Below, one piece after another: positions 56,713 to 64,000 of a stretch of DNA of 64,000 nucleotides. The notes under the pieces were generated by a model. It saw only the letters and a list, made by a program, of their open reading frames with translations, was not told the origin of the DNA and did no database searches. Where the stretch lies: assembly GCA_031371785.1 (NCBI GenBank), contig JANMKC010000018.1, positions 4,266 to 68,265 on the forward strand, read 5' to 3'. Both the position numbers and the translations under genes were made by a program. The first letter of the stretch is position 1, and every line of letters starts with the position of its first letter. The DNA comes from Flavobacteriales bacterium (GTDB lineage: Bacteria; Bacteroidota; Bacteroidia; Flavobacteriales_F; PHOS-HE28).

Positions 56713-58386
56713 ATGAAGCGCTCCCTTTTCACTTGGAAGAAATTCGCCCTCGCTGGCGTCATCGCCGGAGGTGCTGGGCTGGGCCTCGCCGCTGGCGACA
56801 ACTACTTCGAGCTCGGCAAGAACCTCGAGATCTTCAACGAACTCTACAAGGAGCTCAACATCTATTACGTGGATGAGACGAATCCCGGCGAGCTGATCAC
56901 CACGGGCATCGACGCCATGTTGGAGAGCCTCGACCCCTACACGCAGTACATCGCCGAGAGCGACATGGAGGATTACCGCTTCCAGACCACCGGCCAGTAC
57001 GGCGGCATCGGCGCGATGATCCGCACGAAGGACAAGGGCATCCTGGTGAGCGAGCCGTACGAGGGATCGCCCGCCTTGAAAAGCGGGATCCGCGCAGGCG
57101 ATGCGATCCTGGAAGTGGACGGTAAGAGCACGCAGAACCTGAACACCGAGGACGTGAGCAAGATGCTGAAGGGCCAAGCAGGCACACAGGTGAAGGTGGT
57201 TACCAGTCGCAACGGCGGCACGCCCGAAACGCACAACATCATGCGCGAGGAGATCAAGATCCCTGATGTGCCCTACAAGGGTTTCGTGGACGAACCGAAC
57301 AAGGTGGGATACTTGAAATTGAACGCGTTCACCCAGACAGCCGGACAGGAAGTGCGCAACGCGGTGAAGGAACTGAAGGACCAGGGCGCGCAGAAGATCA
57401 TCTTCGATCTGCGTGGCAATGGCGGTGGCCTGTTGCGCGAAGCGGTGAACATCGTGAACCTCTTCGTTCCGAAAGGCGAGACGGTTGTGGAGACCAAGGG
57501 CAAAATGGCCGATTGGGACAAGACCTACAAGACGCTCAGCGAGCCATTGGACGCCACTATGCCCATAGTGATCCTCACCGACACCGGCAGCGCCAGCGCC
57601 AGCGAGATCGTGACAGGGGCGCTCCAGGACCTGGACCGCGCAGTGGTGGTGGGTCAGCGCACTTACGGCAAAGGGCTCGTTCAGCAAACGCGGGATCTCT
57701 TCTACAACAGCAAGCTGAAGGTGACCGTGGCCAAGTACTACATACCCAGTGGCCGCTGCATCCAGAAGGTGGACTACGCGCTGCATGACAGCACCGGCCA
57801 TGCCGTGATAAAGGCCGACTCGCTGATCCGTGATTTCAAGACGCGCAGTGGCCGACCCGTGATCGATGGCCGCGGGATCACTCCAGATGTGCTGGTGCCG
57901 CAGCAGGATCTGCCAAAAGTGGTCGGTGGCCTCTACGTGGCCGACGCGTTCTTCGATTTCGCCAACCACTACTACTGGTCGCACGACAGCATTCCGGCGG
58001 CGGACAAGTTCACCATCACCGATGGCATCTGGAACGACTTCATGGCCTTCGTGAAGGACAAGAAGCTGGAGTACCGCACCGAGAGCAACGATGAGCTCAA
58101 GAAGTTGGAAGCGGCGGCGAAAAAGGAACGGTACTACGAGCACGCCAAGGATGCCATCGATGCGTTGCGCGCCGATCTGAACCCCGATCGCAGCGAGGAG
58201 CTCCAGCGCTTCCGCACGGATATCGAAGACGTGCTCAGGAGCGAGATCGTTAGCCGCTACTACCACACCAGCGGCCGCGCGAAAGCGATGCTCGCCAGCG
58301 ACCCCTTTGTAAAACGTGCGCTCCAAGTGCTCAACGGTCCTGACTACGCGGGCATCCTCAATGGCACGGTGAAGCCGGGCAATTGA
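56713..58386 (+). CDS. S41 family carboxy-terminal processing peptidase (second copy)
   Basis: PDZ ...IRAGDAILEVDGKST...; catalytic ...GSASASEIVTGALQD...GQRTYGKGLVQ. Confidence 0.85.
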   Translation: MKRSLFTWKKFALAGVIAGGAGLGLAAGDNYFELGKNLEIFNELYKELNIYYVDETNPGELITTGIDAMLESLDPYTQYIAESDMEDYRFQTTGQYGGIGAMIRTKDKGILVSEPYEGSPALKSGIRAGDAILEVDGKSTQNLNTEDVSKMLKGQAGTQVKVVTSRNGGTPETHNIMREEIKIPDVPYKGFVDEPNKVGYLKLNAFTQTAGQEVRNAVKELKDQGAQKIIFDLRGNGGGLLREAVNIVNLFVPKGETVVETKGKMADWDKTYKTLSEPLDATMPIVILTDTGSASASEIVTGALQDLDRAVVVGQRTYGKGLVQQTRDLFYNSKLKVTVAKYYIPSGRCIQKVDYALHDSTGHAVIKADSLIRDFKTRSGRPVIDGRGITPDVLVPQQDLPKVVGGLYVADAFFDFANHYYWSHDSIPAADKFTITDGIWNDFMAFVKDKKLEYRTESNDELKKLEAAAKKERYYEHAKDAIDALRADLNPDRSEELQRFRTDIEDVLRSEIVSRYYHTSGRAKAMLASDPFVKRALQVLNGPDYAGILNGTVKPGN

Positions 58387-58428
58387 TCGCGGTGAAAGCA
58401 CGTTGAACGGTCCGATATCCATCGGACG

Positions 58429-60012
58429 ATGATCGGCAGCGGCGACAGGTTCAGGCAGGTGCATGTCGGCGCGCTCGCGCTGGCGGCCATCATGCTGCCG
58501 TGGAGCGAATTCCTGCTCAGCATCGCGCAGTTCCTTCTTATTGGTAACTGGCTCGTGGAGGGCATCGTTCGCAAGGATCTCGCGGGACGGTTCAAGCGTG
58601 CGTTCACGAGCCCAGCATGCCTCGTGTTCATTTCGTTCTTCGCAATGCACGTGATGGGCCTGCTCTGGACCACGGATATGGAATGGGGACTCGACCTGTG
58701 CCGGATCCTGTTGCCGGTCATCGCCTTCGCCCCGGTGCTCACCTCCACCCCACGACTGTCAGAAAAGGAATTGCGCACCGTGCTGTTGCTGGGCGCATGG
58801 AGCACGGTCGCCAGCACATTGGTCTGTCTGGCCTTGCGCTACCAGGTGATCGGTCAGGGCGGCTATCGTGAACTGGCCATTTTCATCAGCCACATCCGCC
58901 TGGCGCTGATGCTCTGCTTCAGTGCGGCGGTGTTCGTATTCTACTTCCCGCGCACAGGGTGGTGGCGTGCGGCGCATCTTCTCGGCAGCGGGTGGTGCCT
59001 GTTCTTTCTCGACCGCTTGAGCAGTTTGCTCGGCTTCGTGATCCTCGCGTTGATGGCGGTATACGCGCTTTGGCGCTGGAGCAAAAGCTTGCGGAACGGA
59101 TGGCGATGGATCCTGCGAACATCGCTGCTGCTGTTCCCGCTCATCGCGCTCGGCTACGGCCGATGGTGCGTGCGTGCCTACTACCATGATGATGCGATGG
59201 ATCTCGCGCACCTCGCTGAGCGGACGGCTGGTGGGGAGGTGTACTATCACGACATCCGGACGCCTCAACGCGAGAACGGCCACTACGTGTGGGTGTATGT
59301 GGCCGACAAAGAGCTGGGGCGCACTTGGAACCGGCGAAGCACCGTAGGGTTCAATGGCAAGGATGCGAAGGGCCAACCTTTGCGGGCGACGCTCGTGCGC
59401 TATCTCGCCAGCATGGGGCTGCGGAAGGATTCGGTCGGCGTGTCGGCGCTCAACGAGCAGGATGTGGAGAGGATCGGGAAGGGCGTGGCAAGTGTGGTTC
59501 TGGGCCATCGTGATCCGATCCATGCCCGCATCGACCAAGTGCTCTATGAACTCGAACAGTACCGCGCCACCAGCGATGCCAGTGGCTACTCGGTGGCCAT
59601 GCGCATCGAATTCCTGCGTGCGGGATGGACCATCGCCCGGGGGAAATGGCTCACGGGCGTTGGCACGGGCGATACCCGGCTTGCGTTCGCTGAGGAATAT
59701 GTCCGCATGCAGAGCACGCTCGCGGAGAAATGGCGCCTGCGCGCGCACAATGAATACCTCACCTTGTTGATCAGCTTCGGTGTGTTCGGACTTTTGTGGT
59801 CCGTGTTCTCATGGACCTGGCCCGCGCAGCGGCTCGGCGCGTTCAAGCATCCGTTGTTCGTTTGTTGGGCCATCACGTTCGCTGTCTCGTGCGTCAGTGA
59901 AGACACGATCGAAACACAGATGGGCGCGACCTTCTTCGCATTCTTCTATGCGCTGCTGGTCTTCGCCCGGCCGGTCAATTCTCCAGCAGTTCGATCACCC
60001 GCTGCGGGCTGA
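58429..60012 (+). CDS. O-antigen ligase family membrane protein
   Basis: polytopic membrane protein with the ...RAHNEYLTLLISFGVFGLLW Wzy_C-like motif. Confidence 0.7.
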   Translation: MIGSGDRFRQVHVGALALAAIMLPWSEFLLSIAQFLLIGNWLVEGIVRKDLAGRFKRAFTSPACLVFISFFAMHVMGLLWTTDMEWGLDLCRILLPVIAFAPVLTSTPRLSEKELRTVLLLGAWSTVASTLVCLALRYQVIGQGGYRELAIFISHIRLALMLCFSAAVFVFYFPRTGWWRAAHLLGSGWCLFFLDRLSSLLGFVILALMAVYALWRWSKSLRNGWRWILRTSLLLFPLIALGYGRWCVRAYYHDDAMDLAHLAERTAGGEVYYHDIRTPQRENGHYVWVYVADKELGRTWNRRSTVGFNGKDAKGQPLRATLVRYLASMGLRKDSVGVSALNEQDVERIGKGVASVVLGHRDPIHARIDQVLYELEQYRATSDASGYSVAMRIEFLRAGWTIARGKWLTGVGTGDTRLAFAEEYVRMQSTLAEKWRLRAHNEYLTLLISFGVFGLLWSVFSWTWPAQRLGAFKHPLFVCWAITFAVSCVSEDTIETQMGATFFAFFYALLVFARPVNSPAVRSPAAG

Positions 60013-60973
60013 TCCGCTGAATGCAGTCGCAGTCTTCGCCGCGCGCGCAACGGGGACATGTGGGATCGCTCACCAACGCGTGCGCATAGCGGCCGATCGG
60101 TGCCCAACGCGCAGGGAATATCGGGCGGCGCATGCTGAACAGACCGATGGCGCGGATACCGATCGCGGCCGCCAAGTGCAATGGTCCGGTGCTCGCGGCC
60201 ACCAATGTGTCACTGGCCCCGATCAGCTCCATCAGCTTGTCCAGTGGGAGCTTGCCACCCGTATCGGTGACATGCACCGCGTTCAGTGGAAGTTCGTTCC
60301 GGTAGCGTTCCGCTTCGTTGGCTGAACCCGTGATCAAGCAGTGGTAGCGCGCTGGATCCAAGGCATTGATCAACGCCTTGAAGTTGTGCAGGCCCCAGCC
60401 CACACCGCTTCCCAACAATGGATGCAGGATCACATTGCGGCGATCGGAGCGCAGGAGCGCGCGAACTTCAACTGATGCCGCAGGCACCTTGAGGCCGATG
60501 TGCGGCACCAGTTCAGAGATGCTGCCCGGCACGCTGATACCGAACGGTGCCAGCAGTTTGATGTTGAGCTGTGCCTCGTGCAGGTCGCTGCGCTTCCGGC
60601 TGAAATGCACACGCTCATTGCACATGGTCCAATGCCACCATCGATGGCTCGTTCCGATACGACGGGCGATGCCGGCGCCCTTCGCCCAGCGTGCTGCTTC
60701 AGGATGCGGGAACAAATGCACGATCGCATCTGCGTTCAACGCGGCGATCGCGCGCGCGGCACCCGCAGCACCCGCCGCTCCAAGTTCTTCCAGCGTGATC
60801 GTACCGTCGATGTTCGTGCAATTGGTCCAGACCGGAAGCGTGTAGTTCTTCACCAGGGCGATGATCCGCGTGCCGGGCGCATGATGCTTGATCCACCCGG
60901 CGGTCGTCAGTGCAACCACCGCATCACCGAGCGCGTCCGGTCGGGAAAGGATGATAGTGCGGGGAATGTTCAT
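59975..60973 (-). CDS. glycosyltransferase family 9 (LPS heptosyltransferase-like)
   Basis: ...ILSRPDALGDAVV...; C-terminal ...GPLHLAAAIGIRAIGLF. Confidence 0.85.
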   Translation of the reverse strand: MNIPRTIILSRPDALGDAVVALTTAGWIKHHAPGTRIIALVKNYTLPVWTNCTNIDGTITLEELGAAGAAGAARAIAALNADAIVHLFPHPEAARWAKGAGIARRIGTSHRWWHWTMCNERVHFSRKRSDLHEAQLNIKLLAPFGISVPGSISELVPHIGLKVPAASVEVRALLRSDRRNVILHPLLGSGVGWGLHNFKALINALDPARYHCLITGSANEAERYRNELPLNAVHVTDTGGKLPLDKLMELIGASDTLVAASTGPLHLAAAIGIRAIGLFSMRRPIFPARWAPIGRYAHALVSDPTCPRCARGEDCDCIQRISPQRVIELLEN

Positions 60974-61725
60974 GCGCGTACACGGCGCAACTGGCGCAGC
61001 TTGGCATATTTCAGGAACGTGGCATACGCGCTGATGCGCGCGATGACGAGCCCCTGATAACCATCAAGAAATCCGAGACGGAAGATGTAGTCGCCGATGA
61101 ACTTCACTACAGGGCTGAGCACCAACTTTCCGAACGGCGCGCGCTTGCCGCGATCGAAGTACGACTTCGCGGCGATGGTGGTGAAGTAATCGACCTGTCG
61201 GTGGTGGTCATCTATACTGTTGTAACTATAGTGCAGCAGGTCGCCTTCGAGGTGAACGATGCGCGCGCCCGCTTCCAGCTCATAGCGATCGTGCGGATCG
61301 ATCCCTGTCCAGCGGCCTTTGCGGCTGTCCCACATCCGGAGCTTCGTGTCAGGATACCAGCCACCGTGGCGTATCCATGTACCGCAGTAGTTGGTGAGGC
61401 GGTTCATCGTGAAGCCGTCGGCATCGGTCCGCATTTTCGCTCGGGCAATGGATCGCGTGAGCTTCTCGTCCAAGGCTTCATCAGCATCCAGCGAGAGCAC
61501 CCACGGATGTGCCGCATGGGTGATCGCGCGGTTCTTCTGCTCAATGTGGCCGGCGAACACGTGCTGGAAAAAACGCGCACCGTGCTCTTTCGCGATGGCC
61601 TCTGTGCGATCGGTACTGAACGAATCCAGCACCACGATATCATCCGCAACATCTTTCACGGAAGCGAGACAGCGCGCGAGGTTGCGCTCCTCGTTGAAGG
61701 TGATGATGACGACCGATAGCTCCAT
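60970..61725 (-). CDS. glycosyltransferase family 2
   Basis: LSVVIITFNEERNLARCL...VLDSFSTDRT...SLDADE (DxD). Confidence 0.85.
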   Translation of the reverse strand: MELSVVIITFNEERNLARCLASVKDVADDIVVLDSFSTDRTEAIAKEHGARFFQHVFAGHIEQKNRAITHAAHPWVLSLDADEALDEKLTRSIARAKMRTDADGFTMNRLTNYCGTWIRHGGWYPDTKLRMWDSRKGRWTGIDPHDRYELEAGARIVHLEGDLLHYSYNSIDDHHRQVDYFTTIAAKSYFDRGKRAPFGKLVLSPVVKFIGDYIFRLGFLDGYQGLVIARISAYATFLKYAKLRQLRRVRA

Positions 61726-61779
61726 GCGATCCGGCCGAAGGTAGGCCCGCCGTTCGGCTCACGAAGGATGCGGCGATGC

Positions 61780-64000
61780 TCAGTGCGCCACTTCGAACCG
61801 GCCGCGCGCGATCCCCGTTCCATCGCGCAGGACGCGGAAGAAATAAAGCCCGCTCGGAAATGACGATGTGTGCAGTTCCGCCTTTCCACCCGACATCGGT
61901 CCGCGTGCAACGATCTTGCCGGTGACGTCGGTCGCGAGGATCTCCACTGTGCTGGACGTGATCAAGGCCGGGATCGTGATGAACACCTCGTGGTCCGCAG
62001 GGACCGGAAAGCAAAGCGCGGCGTGATCGACCAGCTCTTCGATCCCCTGGAAAGGCTCCAACGTGACGCAGTAATCCTCGGTCTCGCCATAGCCGTAGTT
62101 GGTCTCACAGCCATCCGCCGCAGGGTCTTGGAATTTCATGACCACGCGCATCCGGGTCGAGACCGGCGTAGTGCCAACAGGAACAACAAGCGTTCCCAAC
62201 ACCGGTGTGCCCGACGCGGATCCGGGATCGAAGATCAGTTCGCCGGGCGACTCGAACAGGCCGTTGCCGTTCAGGTCCAACCACACGGTGAAGTACTCCG
62301 TGAAATTGAAATTGGCATAGCCCTGTGTGAGCGTGATGTCGTAAGCCTGGCCGATAACCAGCGAAGTGCCTTGCTCCGTGAAGGCAGCATAGCCACCGTT
62401 GGTGCCGCTCTCATTGTCGATAGTGTTCAGTTGCACGCGCTGGATCCATTCCGTGGATGCGTTCGCTGAGACACTGGGGCAGAAGGTCCCTTCCGCGCAT
62501 TGGCCGCAGCCAGGGGTGTTGAACACCGTTGAGGCGCCCCAGTCGGTCGTTGTGGAACCATCGCACGAAGTACGCATCTGCACTTCGTAGGTGGTGCATC
62601 CGGCGAGACCGGACAGTTCCGTGCTTCCACCGGTAAGGGCGACCACCGAGGTCCAATTGCCCGTACCCTGCACGCGGTATTGCAGGTCATAGGTGTTCGC
62701 GGCGAGCACGTTGCTCCAGGCCACGGTGGCGTGCGCGGAGTCGGTTGCCATAACGGTGATGGTCAAGGGAACGGTGCAGCATCCTTCGCTCGTGAACATC
62801 AAGGAGGAACTGTATCCACTGGTGTCGATATCGCATGCGGCTTGCACTTGGAATTCGTATGGTGTGCAGGCGGCGATCCCGGTTATCGCGAGCTCGGTCG
62901 CGTTGATCCCGGTTGTTGTGTTCCATGCCGGGCTGCCCACCACGCGGTAGCGCACATTGAAGACACTGGCCGATGGGCTACTCCAATGAAGGTCGGCAGC
63001 GCCGATCACCACCATGGAGGCACCGAGGTTGTACGGGATCGGGCAAGCACCGCACGCGTTCATGATCCAGAGCAGGCTGTTGTTGCTGTTGATCCTGCCG
63101 CCGGTGACCGTATTGCCCGGTAGGTTGCCTACTTGCTCCACGCCGTTGAACAAGGCTTGGCGCACGTAAAGCGCTCCGGCCATCGGGTCGCTGTGTACGA
63201 GGTCCATCAGGTTGGCGCATGGCGCGCTGTAAAGCAATCCGATCACGCCTGCGGTGAGCGGGCTTGCGAACGAGGTACCACTCGCCAAGCCCGTTCCGCC
63301 GCCGATCTGCGTGGTAAAGACCGCCGCACCCGGCGCGCCCACGTCGATCGTGGTGAGGCCCCATCCGGAAAAAGTGCGTTGATCGTCAACGTCCGTTGCG
63401 GTTACGCTGATCATGAAATCGCTCTCGCAACCCGTGGGCATATCGTCGTTCACATCTATATCCACGCTGTTGTTCGCAGTGGCACCGCAGTTGAGGATGC
63501 CCGCCGTGCCGAGCGTGTCATACATCGCGCACCAGATCGGGTACTGCGTGTGGTCCGCATTGTCAATTCCCCAACTAGCATTGGTGGCCACCACGAAAGC
63601 GCCCAGCGCGCCGTTGCTCGCATTGTAGGCACGGCGCATAACCAAGGGGTAGGTGTAGGAGGACACCACTGCGTCCTCGGCGACGCCCGCGCGTGTCACC
63701 ACCATCAGCTTCACGTTCCAGTTCGCACCAGCTACCTGGCTGCCATTGTTGCCCTTCGCCCCGATCATGCCGGCCACCTCGGTACCATGGCTTCCGCCGT
63801 AGGCCACGTCATTGTTCCCGGCGGGGTTCCAGCCAAGGAAATCGTCCACATAGCCATTGCCATCATCGTCGTTGCCGTTGCCGGGGATCTCGTGATAGTT
63901 GTGCCACGCATTGCCGATCAGGTCAGGGTGCGGCAGATCGGCCTGCTCCACGATGCACACCACGATGGTGTCGCCGGTTGCGGTTACTCCGCCCGTGGTG
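61780..64000 (-). CDS. S8 family (subtilisin-like) peptidase with a T9SS type A C-terminal sorting domain; N-terminal part lies outside the window
   Basis: catalytic His HGTEVAGMIG and Ser GTSFASPLTAG; C-terminus ...LYFFRVLRDG...GRFEV. Confidence 0.8.
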   Translation of the reverse strand, partial: TTGGVTATGDTIVVCIVEQADLPHPDLIGNAWHNYHEIPGNGNDDDGNGYVDDFLGWNPAGNNDVAYGGSHGTEVAGMIGAKGNNGSQVAGANWNVKLMVVTRAGVAEDAVVSSYTYPLVMRRAYNASNGALGAFVVATNASWGIDNADHTQYPIWCAMYDTLGTAGILNCGATANNSVDIDVNDDMPTGCESDFMISVTATDVDDQRTFSGWGLTTIDVGAPGAAVFTTQIGGGTGLASGTSFASPLTAGVIGLLYSAPCANLMDLVHSDPMAGALYVRQALFNGVEQVGNLPGNTVTGGRINSNNSLLWIMNACGACPIPYNLGASMVVIGAADLHWSSPSASVFNVRYRVVGSPAWNTTTGINATELAITGIAACTPYEFQVQAACDIDTSGYSSSLMFTSEGCCTVPLTITVMATDSAHATVAWSNVLAANTYDLQYRVQGTGNWTSVVALTGGSTELSGLAGCTTYEVQMRTSCDGSTTTDWGASTVFNTPGCGQCAEGTFCPSVSANASTEWIQRVQLNTIDNESGTNGGYAAFTEQGTSLVIGQAYDITLTQGYANFNFTEYFTVWLDLNGNGLFESPGELIFDPGSASGTPVLGTLVVPVGTTPVSTRMRVVMKFQDPAADGCETNYGYGETEDYCVTLEPFQGIEELVDHAALCFPVPADHEVFITIPALITSSTVEILATDVTGKIVARGPMSGGKAELHTSSFPSGLYFFRVLRDGTGIARGRFEVAH

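Noticed and set aside
56707-59748. 647-aa and 329-aa minus-strand ORFs over the S41 peptidase and O-antigen ligase genes
   Set aside because: Antisense shadows; the plus-strand products have clear family motifs

Overview
This is a high-GC (~60-65%) chromosomal window from a Bacteroidota-type genome. Evidence for the phylum: several T9SS C-terminal sorting domains (type A and type B/CHU_C), DUF4270/DUF4271/DUF3667/DUF3109 genes, and TAnnTTTG-like promoter motifs. Most of the window is housekeeping: sdhA/sdhB, ybdL-type aminotransferase plus omega-amidase, comF, radA, rfaE domain II, panD/panC, glmS, sodA, two S41 peptidases, dCMP deaminase, tRNA-Leu(CAA), glyQS, nrdB/nrdA, glutaryl-CoA dehydrogenase, hemD, rnpA/yidD, LPS-core glycosyltransferases and a partial S8 peptidase. 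The accessory content sits in five places. First, a four-helix-bundle (23S-rRNA-IVS family) gene flanked by purine-rich inverted repeats lies between sdhA and sdhB. Second, a PIN-like gene plus a small basic protein sits at the 5' end of the aminotransferase gene, bracketed by a 50-bp direct duplication of that gene's start. Third, a nested palindromic intergenic element lies at 14.9-15.1 kb. Fourth, a cluster of small accessory genes (DUF4160/DUF2442, two hypothetical genes, a DUF3109 gene) sits beside glyQS. Fifth, and most notable, a compositionally distinct island starts immediately downstream of nrdA (about 46.0-53.1 kb). The island holds a translationally coupled pair of uncharacterised low-GC genes (one with an Rx4H HEPN-like motif), a membrane-anchored OB-fold protein and a zinc-ribbon protein. 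It also holds two tandem RelE/ParE-type toxin-antitoxin modules, each preceded by the same ~93-nt upstream element, with the pair bracketed by 65-nt direct repeats that contain a conserved 9-bp-stem hairpin. Finally it holds a standalone minimal class III nucleotidyl-cyclase domain protein with non-canonical base-specificity residues, next to small membrane proteins. The island is the best candidate for an undescribed defence or signalling system. All functional calls come from motif recognition by eye; no database searches were run.
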